Assembly: GCA_001662655.1 (NCBI GenBank)
Contig: KV460223.1
Reading direction: 5' to 3' (one strand)
Source: Pseudogymnoascus verrucosus
Lineage: Eukaryota
DNA length: 64,000 bases
The position numbers and the translations under genes were made by a program. The notes under the pieces are model-generated. The model was not told the origin of the DNA and did no database searches. It saw only the letters and a list, made by a program, of their open reading frames with translations. The first letter of the stretch is position 1. The number at the start of each line of letters is the position of its first letter. Positions 22,101 through 32,267 of the stretch are shown in pieces.

Positions 22101-23518
22101 ACGACATTGTGCGGGACACGATCAACATCGCTTTTGAGGGGAACGGGGTATACCAGGACGACTACGCGTTCGTGGTGCACACGCGCGGTCGCTTGGCTGA
22201 TAATCAGACATGGTGGGAGCTGGCGCTGCTGCAGCTGTTGCCGGACTATTTCTCGTGAGTTGATAGATGATAGATTGTCCCCATCCTCTTCTCTCTTCCG
22301 TGTCGTTTCCTTTGGTCAACTGCTGCGACTTTGCGTGCTGTGTGTGTTTTAGGCTAACGAGTTTATGTGTCTGTGTGTAGTGTCGCGATGGTAAACAACG
22401 TCCGCCAAATCATATTCAGCTACAAACACACCTACACCCGCGAACGCCTCGACAGGCGCATGACCGACGAGCAGCAGACGGCCATCTACCTCTTCATGCA
22501 CCGGTACCACGAGGACCAGCAAGCGAAGCGGAAGATTTGGCCGAGGGAGCTGAGGGAGATATATAATAATTACCAGCAGACTGAGGAGTTGAAGGTTCAT
22601 CGGCCGAGATTGTTCTTGTCGTGTTTTGATTTGCCGAATAAGTATTGCCGGTATGTGGTCGTTTCGTTTTTCGGGAGGGGGGGTGAGAGGGAGGGAAGTG
22701 AGAATGCATTTTTGGCTGACATGTGTTGTGGTAGGATTAATGATGCGAGACAGATTGAGTTTGCGCCCGCGCCGGAGAAGCCTGATCCCCCAACTGAGGG
22801 CGAGAATGCACAGGGTGGGAATGCACAGAGTGGTGGTGGTGGTGGTGGTGGTGGTGGTAGTGGTCAGGATCCTCAGGGGCCAGCGCAGGGTGGGGGCCAG
22901 CAGGGAGGGAATCAAGGTGGGACTCTGGGTGGTTCTCAGCCTCAGGGAGGACCCCAGCCCCAGGGAGGTCCTCAAACTCAAGGAGGATTTCAACCTGAGG
23001 GGGGATTTCAGTCGCGGGGAGGATTTCCCGCTCAGATTGGGTCTCAGGTTCAGGGAGGATCTCAGGCTCATATGGGATTTGTGGCCCAGGGAAGACAGCA
23101 ACCCCATGGCGGATTTCAGGCGCAGGGAGGACAGCAGCCCCAGGGAGGGTTCCAGGCTCCGGGTGGATTCCCCGCTCATGCTGCGTCTCAACTCCCAGGC
23201 GGATTTCAAGCCCAGATGAGATTCCTAGCTCGGGGAAGACTCCAAGCTCAGGGAGGACAGCAACCTCAGGGGGGGTTTCAGGCTCAGGGAGGATTTCCGG
23301 TTCAGGGGGGGTCTCATGTTCAGGGAGGATTTCAAGCTCAGATGAGACGTCTAGCTCAGGGAGGACAGCAACCTCAACGAAACTCACCCTTCCGACTACT
23401 TACACGGGAAGAGCAACAGATACAGGAGGAGCAACAGTTACAGCAACAGATACTGGAGGAGCGACTGCAACAGCAACAACAACAACACCAATATCAACAA
23501 CAACTACTACAGCTATAG
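19162..23518 (+). CDS. 11-exon ~1204-aa protein: HExxH zincin-like domain, repeated helical modules and G/Q-rich low-complexity tail
   Basis: Frame-consistent model: 19162-19578, 19635-19720, 19783-20104, 20156-20215, 20304-20407, 20455-20476, 20561-21522, 21593-21904, 21979-22254, 22381-22650, 22735-23518 (3615 nt), all introns GT-AG. Spliced motif PLLKPDLTEPERIVMINFAARTLAHEIS|HAAV...EPYFADEGWNEVGHSLENN. Confidence 0.75.
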
Positions 23519-23782
23519 CAGCAGCAGGAATATCAACAACAGCAACAGCAACAACACCAATACCAGCAATACCAGCAATACCAGCAATACCAGCAATACC
23601 AGCAATACCAGCAACAATAGCTACAACAGCTACAGCAACAGCTATAAAACGGGCAGGAGAAGCAGCAACAGCAGCATGGGCATTGGGGTGCGGGGCAGCA
23701 GGGAAACTCAGGGCAATAGGGAAACACAGGGCAGCAGGGAAACGTAGGGCAGTAGGGAAACTCAGGACAGCAGGGTATGTAA
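22830..23782 (+). repeat. Coding tandem repeats: (GGT)n, ~18-nt CAGGGAGGATTTCAGGCT (QGGFQA) units, (CAGCAATAC)n and GGGCAGCAGGGAAAC units
   Basis: Directly visible; the repeats continue in frame past the current stop at 23516-23518 up to TAA at 23780-23782. Confidence 0.9.
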
Positions 23783-23966
23783 ACGCCTCGTCTCTTCTTT
23801 GAGCTGTTAGATAGATAGGAGTTATTTGTTTCACTATTTTATATCATGTTATTATACCATAAGCCATTTGCAAGTGAAAAGAAAAGATATCAAGTGAAGT
23901 GAAATGATAAAAAAGCCCCCAATGTGTGTGACGACGAAAGACATTTTTCTCACAAAACATTCCAAC

Positions 23967-24502
23967 CAGTGTGCGGCAAATCACCCCCCGAATACTATTC
24001 GGCGATCCGCCGAATCATTCATATTTTTGAGGTATTCGCCGAATCATGACTCGAATCTGATTCGAGTCATGATTCGAATCTTTGAGGCTGAAATAGAGTG
24101 TATGGAATATTGAAAACTACGAAAAATATTTGACTATGCCTAACCTATATCTTGACTTATATCTTCGACATCCTCATCGTTAACAATACACTCGCATTAC
24201 TGTTATCTTCATCGGCGACATAATCATCAAGATCCTTAGGAACATCATACAGCTCGGAATCACTCATAATAACAATGATTGTATTAATTGTATTAAATGT
24301 TAATCTAAAAAGCTATATATTAAGGACGGCGACAAGCCTTCACAGCTAGACGCTTGGACATATTATATGTCTTGGCAAGTATTCGAATCATTCAAATACT
24401 GGCCGAATCATGATTCGAATCATTAAGAAATAGCGCGAATCAGATCATGATTCGAGTCTGATTCGGGGCGAATCATGCCGAGTCACGATTCGCTGCACAC
24501 TG
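23967..24502. mobile_element. Non-autonomous hAT-superfamily DNA transposon (deletion derivative / MITE-like), 536 bp
   Basis: Left TIR CAGTGTGCGGCAAATC vs right TIR (reverse complement) CAGTGTGCAGCGAATC, 14/16 identical. Perfect 8-bp TSD ATTCCAAC at 23959-23966 and 24503-24510. Dense subterminal GATTCG/CGAATC repeats at both ends. Confidence 0.9.
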
Positions 24503-25271
24503 ATTCCAACAGATGATAAGACAAACAATTAATTATATAAAAAAAATTATATTTCAAATGATGGGGTATCTCCTAATCAAAATTACAAAAATCAGTAAAA
24601 AAACAAGTCTATCCTTTGTTTGTTTTGCCCCAGGAGTTTTCCTAGTGGCACCGTCCGTTCCCAACCTGTCTATAATAATTCCCAATCCATGTGTCCCCCA
24701 TACCAATGTCCCATACCAATACCAATGTCCCATCCAATACCCATCCGTTCTATAAAAAATCGCTGTCGCATCATGATATCCGTCATGCATACCCATACCC
24801 ATATCCATACCCATATCCATATCCATAATCATCATCACCATCATCCGGCCCCTTCCCTCGGGGGGGGGGATGTACAGATGCCCTCACGCCAACGTAAGAG
24901 CTGGTGGGGGGGGGGGTCTGTAAAAAACGTATCGTCCCATCATCCATCTCCCGAAACCCAGAACCCAAAATCCAAATCCCAAAAACAACGACAAAAGAAA
25001 ATAAAAAACAAATGACAAATGTGACGAATGACGAAAGGAAAAATACAAAGTAAGAAAGGCGAGGTCGTATATAACATAACAAGCGAACCATCCGTCTCAA
25101 AGCTGAGGCGCATGAAAAGTATGATCGGGTCGTAAAGTGATGCGAAGCGATGCGATGCGATGCAGAAGGCCGTTGGTGCGTGGTAGTGCGTGATCGTGCG
25201 TGATAGTGCCTGAGATCGTCTGTTGGCAGATGAGTGACCAGATACCCATCCATCCACCTGTATACACCCCC

Positions 25272-26963
25272 CTACTCCTCCTCCCCAACAGCATCCACCT
25301 CCCCTACCCCCTCCCCCAACACCCACCCCCCCGCACTCCCCTCCGCCCTCGTCACCACCCCCTCCCGTTCCGCCCACTCCAACACCCCACCCCCACTCTC
25401 ACACCACCCCTCCCCCCCCCTTCCCTTAACATTCTCCCAATGCCTCGCAACATGTTCCATCCGTTCATCCCACGCCCTCGGTCCCTCCCACCCGGCTGTG
25501 CACCCGGAAACGGGACAGTGCGTCTTCATGATCTGCGCTCTCCCCTTTTTCTTCCCCTCCTCGAGTAACTCAGCTAGTCGTCTCTCCCAGGCGTCTTTCC
25601 CCGGGCCGGATTTGGCGGTGGAAGAGGGAGGTGCGTGCATACGTCTCAGATGCTGCGCGAACAGGTCCTTGCGATTAAACTTCCCCGACTGCCCCGGGGC
25701 AGAACATGAACCGACGCGGCACTCCCAGTAGAAGAAACATGTATGTTTACTAGCCACATGCCTCTTCCACTCATTCTTCGACGCGAACGCGGATGTACAC
25801 CCCGCCCACTCAAAAGTACACGGGAACGTCGGGTTTGCATTCGCAGTCGTGCGCCCTGCAGAGGAGGAAGACGGGTGGTGGGGATTAGACCGCCCCCGCT
25901 TCGTCACGCCAGACCCGGAAGTCGGCTGCAGCACCCTCGCCGTCGTCGGAGCAGCAGCAGAAGCAGCAGTGCGTCGACTTCCGCGTCGTCGCGGGGCGCG
26001 AGAGACGCGGGTGAGACGACGCGCCGCGTGCGGGGTCCATGTACCGTCTGTGTCTGTGTCATCGTTGGCGGGGACGGGGGAGTCGAGATCGAATGCTGCG
26101 TCTAGGTCTGCGTCGTCGACTTCCATTGGGGATTGGTGGGGGGTGAGGCGGGGGGCGGGCGGGTTGGGGGTTGTGTATGAGAGGGCCGGGGAGTGGTGGC
26201 TGTGGATGGAGGGCGCGGGGGAGAGGTGCGGGTGGAGGAATTGGTTGTGTGAGTGTGGTGGTGGGCGGGGGGCGAGGGTGGTGGTCATGGAAGTGGAGGT
26301 GTCTTGTTCGCCGGAGTCGTGGTCCATGAACATCTCCTCTCGCCCTCTGAATGTTGGGTCCTCGTCCAATTCGGGGTGGATCAGGGACATATTGGGAATC
26401 GTCTGCTGTTGAAACTGCTGTCCGCCACCACCATAGTACTCAGCTTCATGACTGAGAGAGCTGATACCGGAGTGTGAGCGCGTGAGAGCATGTGCGGCGT
26501 AGGGAGACGAGACGAGAGAGATGTCCTGGCGATAATCGCGCTCGCTCTGTGGGCTCAGCGCGCTGCTATCGCGAGAATCGGCGCCGGGAGATGGGGCCCA
26601 GTGGTTGAACGACGCCGACGAAGATCCATAGGGGAGGTTGGAAGTGTGTAGCTGCTGGGGCGCCGGGTAAGTGTTCTGGTGGGCCTCTTGGTAAGAGTAC
26701 TGTTGGTTCTGGTTCTGGCGGTTCTGCATATTGCCGAAGGAGGAGGCCTTTGACTGCTCGAGGGTCTGCTGAGCCCACTCCTGTTGCTGGGAATCCGGGT
26801 GGGAGCGGCCGCGCGGGACGGGAACGGGCTCCAGGTTGGTAATCCAGTTGATGGGGTCCACGGGATAGGAAGCCTCTTGCTGATCGACCTGGGAGGCCAT
26901 CATACTGTTGTTATAGGCAAATATCTGGGAACGTTCCCATGGGGTTTGGGGCTGGTAATCCAT
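25272..26963 (-). CDS. C2H2 zinc-finger transcription factor (563 aa)
   Basis: FPCTFEWAGCTSAFASKNEWKRHVASKH, WECRVGSC...FNRKDLFAQHLRRMH, CPVSGC...WDERMEHVARH; Q/S/P-rich N-terminus. Confidence 0.9.
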   Translation of the reverse strand: MDYQPQTPWERSQIFAYNNSMMASQVDQQEASYPVDPINWITNLEPVPVPRGRSHPDSQQQEWAQQTLEQSKASSFGNMQNRQNQNQQYSYQEAHQNTYPAPQQLHTSNLPYGSSSASFNHWAPSPGADSRDSSALSPQSERDYRQDISLVSSPYAAHALTRSHSGISSLSHEAEYYGGGGQQFQQQTIPNMSLIHPELDEDPTFRGREEMFMDHDSGEQDTSTSMTTTLAPRPPPHSHNQFLHPHLSPAPSIHSHHSPALSYTTPNPPAPRLTPHQSPMEVDDADLDAAFDLDSPVPANDDTDTDGTWTPHAARRLTRVSRAPRRRGSRRTAASAAAPTTARVLQPTSGSGVTKRGRSNPHHPSSSSAGRTTANANPTFPCTFEWAGCTSAFASKNEWKRHVASKHTCFFYWECRVGSCSAPGQSGKFNRKDLFAQHLRRMHAPPSSTAKSGPGKDAWERRLAELLEEGKKKGRAQIMKTHCPVSGCTAGWEGPRAWDERMEHVARHWENVKGRGGEGWCESGGGVLEWAEREGVVTRAEGSAGGWVLGEGVGEVDAVGEEE

Positions 26964-29410
26964 GGCAGGTAGGTAGGTGGGTAGGAGCCTGGAAGGGGCG
27001 CCTGTTGGGAAGAGAGGGAAGGCTCGGGATGAGAGTGATGATATAGACGGACGGCTGTTGGTGAGCTTTGTGACGTCGTGTTGGGTGGTTGACAGGGCGT
27101 CGGCCAGTGTGGGAGCTGGATTGGGAACGAGGGCGGGAGGGATGTTGCTTCGCCTCGCCGGGCAGACGGTGGATGGGGGGAATCAGACGTCACGGACTGA
27201 CTGTGGGCGGCCAAGGCGGAGTGTAGGCGTGATGGGTGAAAGAGGCTTAGCTAGCCACTTTACATGCGTGTTGTTGCGTGTTGGTGTTGGTGTTGGTTAA
27301 GGTTGAATGATAATAGTGAGAAGAAGGAAGAAGAGCAAAAAAAAAAAGAAGGGAAGAGGAGGAAGGAGGAGGAGGGGGGAGATTTAAAGGAAGAGAGAGA
27401 GGTGTAGAGCCATGGAGGGCAAGTGAGAGAGAGAGAGAGAGGACATAAGGGAAAGAAAGGCACCCACCAAAGAACGCATGCATGCACATGAGTGTATGTA
27501 CCCCCCAAGTATCCCTGCATGTCAATGGAGGATAGAGTATGCTGGGAAGCTGTGCCGTGTCCCGCGTGGGTGGGCATGGCGTTTACAGCGGTCGTTGTTG
27601 TGTTTCTTCATGGGCCGGCCGGTCAGGATGGTCTCTAATTCCTCTTGCTTGTTTTCTCACATATCCTGGGCAGGACAGGGACGGCGGGGCGGCGCGAGGG
27701 TCGGTGGGTGGGGTGGGCAGTTGGGCGGTGGACCCCCCGGTGTCTGAATTGGTGGATGGGTGGAAAGATGCGTAGATTAGAGCAGAGCCTCACGGTTGTG
27801 GAGCTGGTAGGGTGTGATTGGGCATGGTAGGGATGGGAATGCGCGAAGGATTTGAAGTGGAGAGGGGGAAGGGGGGGGGGGGTTGTGGAAGGGGATGGTG
27901 AGTGGATTGGGGATGGTGGGTTGGTGGATGGGATGGGAGTGAGTGGAAATGGAAGTACTACTGCATGCACTGCTGGTCTGTACATAACAGTACTATGTAT
28001 TTGTGTGGTGTGGTGTGGTGGTGGTGATTGGGATGATGTTGGCATCGGATGTAGAGGGTAGAGGGTAGACGACGGAGATGACGGAGAAAGAACGGATAGA
28101 TAGGATAGGATAGGATAGGATGTATGGAGGGAGGTGGAGGGAAGTGGAGGAGGTGGGAGGAAGGAGCGAACGAGGGGGGAAAGGTACTTAAATGGTGCAG
28201 GCACTCACGTACAAATAACAAGTACCACTCCAACTCCAACTCCAACTCTCATTCCACTCCCACTATCTCGAGCGAGGCAACAAGGCGGACAGCAAGGGTA
28301 TCAGTGTCCATTGTGCCCATTGTGTCCATTGTGTGTAGTGTGCCCAGTGTGTCTAGTGTGTCCAGTCTGTTGATGGGGGAATCATCATCAATCCAAACCC
28401 AAGACAAGTCAAGTCAAGTATCCCACTATTCCCGTAGTTCATTCAGATACATACATGGATCCTCAACTTCCGTACTGTAGGGGCGTGAACAGTGCGAACA
28501 ATGTGAACATCAACACAGTACGGTACATCATAAGGGTTACGCCTCCAAGTCCCCTTCTCCTCCCAGAAGTCGTGCATCCTTAGTTCCACCCCCGTCGTCA
28601 CGTAAAATCCACCACCACCACCACCATCACCATCGATCCTCGTACTCTCACTCATCCCCCAAGGCAAAGTCGTGAGGCACCCATGAGGCAGACACACGCA
28701 CTAACCCTCATCCATCAAAGTCAGTGAGGGCACGGACAGTTACTAGGGTCGACAGGCGTGCATGGCTCGATGGGGACGTGGTGTCGAACCTAGACCGATA
28801 CCCCTGCACACCGGTTCGAGGCTGAGAAGAAGCTGAGGCGCCGGGGGTGGGGGGAGGAGGGGGAGGGGGAGGGGGTTAGGTAAGAGGAGATGTTGGTGAG
28901 AGGAGTGTGAGACTGTGGGAGAGGGGAGGGAGACTGGGGGGGATGCACACCGGTTAGGCTAGACCCTGACCGACCGGACGGCAGAGTCGGACTCGGACAG
29001 ATTGGTTGAGACGGCGGGGATGGTGAGGTGAGTTGAGAAGGGAAAGGGGATGAGCATGCACAGTGCACGCAAACAACAGGACTGGCTCGACTGGCTCCAC
29101 CGGTTGACTGCTCTACTGCTCTACTACCAACTGACGACTATCTGCGCCCGTTGTCGTCTTCTCTGCAGTGCCGTGTACCTTAATCCCTCACTTCCGCCTG
29201 CACTTCCACATCCACTCGACCATGCCTCTATACGGTATCACATCACATCACCCGCCCGACGCGATGATACTCTAGTACCGACAGACAGGGATTGGCTGAC
29301 TGACTGACGGAGACGCGGGTTTAGAGCTGGAGATGGGATGATCTGCTACTGCTACTGCCACTAAGCACAGTGATCGGGGATCATGATGGTAGTAGGGATA
29401 GCGAGAGAGG

Positions 29411-29559
29411 CTAATGGAAACGAGAGACCCTTAGAGAATGGGACTAAGTGTGATCAGCGGGAGAGGCTAAGGGCGATGAGGGACGGAGTAGGACAAAGGG
29501 GACTAACTAATGGAAACGAGAAACCCTTAGAATGGGACTAAGTGTGTGATCAGCAGGAG
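29411..29559. repeat. Imperfect ~50-bp direct repeat in the long intergenic region
   Basis: CTAATGGAAACGAGAGACCCTTAGAGAATGGGACTAAGTGTGATCAGC at ~29411 and CTAATGGAAACGAGAAACCCTTAGAATGGGACTAAGTGTGTGATCAGC at ~29507. Confidence 0.8.
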
Positions 29560-30849
29560 AGAGAGACGCGAGAGAAGGGAATAAGTGAGTACAATGGCAA
29601 CGAGAGAGACAGCACAATGGGAACTAAGGCAAACGAAGACTAAGACAACAAGAGACTTTCCCGTCTACCTAAAAGTGGTAGTGTGGGAAAGTATCCGTTC
29701 ATTCGTTTCCCACTTCCCACTCATCCCACGCTCTTTGTATGTATGGGAAGGAAGTGTAGTAGTACTGTGGTGCCCATTGTTCTCTTTCCTCACTCTTTCC
29801 TTTCTCTCCCATCACTCCCCCATCACCCTCCTCCCATCTCAGCTAACAGTCACATGCCCTCCTCCCATGCCCTCCCTCCCCTACTCCTCCCCTGCTACAG
29901 CTCGACAGGGAACCACCACCACCATCACCACCACTCCCAACAACCCTTCCCGCTCATATCTGTCATACTACTCCCGCCGTCACATCGCCCATCTCGCCCA
30001 TCTCGCCCATCTCACTCACATCTCACCACCTCACCCCCCTCCATTCCAAATCCCAACCATCAAATCAACCCATCCCCTCCCCTCCCGCCTCCCGCCATCA
30101 AACCACCACCACACCATCAACCTCATCCCATCCCATCCGCAGTCCACCCACCATAACATACAGTAGTAAAGTTCGTACCCACCACCTGCCAGGTCCCCGT
30201 CCACCCCCGTCCCCCATCCCCGTCCCTCCTCCATCCACCGATCTCCCCGCCGCCGCCCCACCATCTCCCATCCAATCCCCCTCCACGCATCCTTGCCAAC
30301 CCTACCAGCACACAGCCCATAAACAGCGGAGACCGACTAGCCGCCACTCACCCACTGCCACTCACCACCACCAGACTCAAAACCAACAACACTAAACCAA
30401 CACCGCATCCACCCCCCCTTCCCGCGCGCTATCCCCCGTTCATACACCGAATCGCGACCCACTTCACCACCTAGAAGGCACACATCAAGCCAACCACTTC
30501 CCTCCCTCACTCCCTCGTTCTCATACATCCAGTACCATACGCAAACGCATACTGCAGTCAGTCGGTCTCGCGACGCTACAAGAGATCAGCGCGGCGGGCG
30601 ACCTACGAGGCGGCTGGGAAGGCAGGAACGGAGACGCGTGTGTCGTGTGTGTAAGATGTTACCAAGAATGTGGGAGGGAGTGCTGTGTACCTTTCCCAGC
30701 GATCGTGGAGGGGGGGGCGCTACTGTATGTGTGTACCTCGCCATACCATCTGATGATCTGGGTGGTGAGCCCAAGGGGGTGATGATGAGGGTTTGGCGTT
30801 TGTATGTACGTACATACATACAGACTTCACTCTTCCCACGGCACGACGC

Positions 30850-32267
30850 CTAATCCATCCTTCCATCTCCCTCTTTCTTTCTTTCTCTCTTTCTCATCTC
30901 CCTCTCCCCCCTCCCCCCCCCCTTCTTCCCCCCCCCACCCGCCCCCCCCCCCAACAAGCCCGGAGGCGGTCGATTAAACCCCACCCCACACGAGAAACAA
31001 CTCCCCACCCCACTCCCCGCCGCCTCGCCCCATGACACCTCCCGCCAGTTCCTCAACGGGAAGAGATGATGATACGACCGCGCGAGATGCGTACTCAATA
31101 TCAGCGTCAGCCCACACGCCGGACACTCCGCGGGTAGCGAGCAAACCTTACTCCCGCACCGCGAACACAAATACCCCCCTCTCGTAAGCTTACTATGGCA
31201 CGCACACAACGTCACCGCCTTCGCCACTGTCCGCGAGGGGAACCCCATCATCAGCAAACTAGACTGATTCTGCTCCTTCGCCCTCGTCGGCGGCGGGGTC
31301 GTGACACCCATGAAGAGAGCGCGGAAATGCTCTTCGTGCAGCGCGACGCTGTAGTCGCCCTTGGTCTTGGTGCAGATCTCCGAGAGGATGGCGACTTGGG
31401 CCGCTAACCCGATGGCGGAGACGCGGATGCGGTCGCTTGTGAGAGAGGAGATGGTGGTGTGGATGTCGCCTGGGTCGGAGGAGAGGAGGGCGCCGGAGAT
31501 GATGAGGACTTCCCTCGTCCCATGGCTCGGTGCGTGGAACAAGCTCGCCCTCGCCATCTCTAAGGCGTTTTGTAGAGACGGACTACCCTGCGGATCCTGC
31601 GTCCTCAGTTTCCCCAACGCACTAAGATGTACAGTCGGCGTCCCGGAGAGGGGGGAGATGGGTTTGGCGAGTCCGTCGCGCATGCCTAGGATTCCGAGCT
31701 GGGAGATGGGGTTCTGCTCGAAGAACTCAGTGATGAAGGAGGTGGCGTAGCGGAGGGTGAGGAGGTAGCGGGTTGGGCGGAGGTCTTTCTCGGTCATGGC
31801 GAAGGAGAGGTCGAGGATGAGGATTAGGTGGCGGATTATGCCGCGTTGGAGGGGGGTTGTGTCGCGGAGGAGTCTGCGGGGGTGGGTTAGTTAGCTGCGT
31901 CTCTTTCTCTTGTCCATGCTTTCGTTCATGCGGTGATTGATGATACTGTGTGAGAGAAGGGGGGGACGATCGGCGGGACAACAAACCTCTGCCTCTTCCC
32001 AGCCTCCAAAAGCCCCTCAACAGTAGAACTCAAACTTCCATCCGCCCCCTCAACAACCGTATCCCAACTCCTCTGTATATCCTCCCACGCCGCCCTCCTC
32101 CTCCCCTGCTTCTGCTTCTCCTTCTCTCCATTCCTCACCGCCTCGGGTCCCTTCACAGGGCCGCTCGAGCGCGTTGCATGTCGTCCTGTGCCGGTGCCGG
32201 TGGGGGCGGCGGTGGGGAGATCATCGTCGGAGAGGTCTTCGACGTACTCGCCGTCCGAGTCTGCCAT
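30850..32267 (-). CDS. SSL1: TFIIH subunit p44/Ssl1 (2 exons, intron 31986-31874); C-terminal zinc domain apparently incomplete
   Basis: LLRDTTPLQRGIIRHLILILDLSFAMTEKDLRPTR, vWA domain (EFFEQNPISQLG, SLQNALEMA), LLMMGFP, CACH..GYLCSRCGSKVCSLPAECPACGLTLILSTHLARSYHHLFPL. Confidence 0.93.

Noticed and set aside
23533..23727. Extremely Cys-rich minus-strand ORF (CWYCWY..CCCC), metallothionein-like in appearance
   Set aside because: It is just the antisense reading of the CAG/CAA/TAC Gln repeats of the plus-strand gene tail.
23516..23782. Alternative genetic code (TAA/TAG = Gln) as explanation for the in-frame stops
   Set aside because: Conserved genes in the window (RPL10, PMT2, LHS1, cytochrome b5) end normally at TAA/TAG; local C->T mutation is far simpler.
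23990..24490. Recurrent GATTCGAATC palindromes suggesting a CRISPR-like array
   Set aside because: No regular repeat-spacer period; the motifs are confined to the ends of a TIR/TSD-bounded hAT element in a fungal genome.
27260..30820. Many Pro/Gly/His-rich ORFs in the ORF track
   Set aside because: They arise from C-rich and G-rich low-complexity tracts depleted of stop codons; no domain motifs or consistent splice model.
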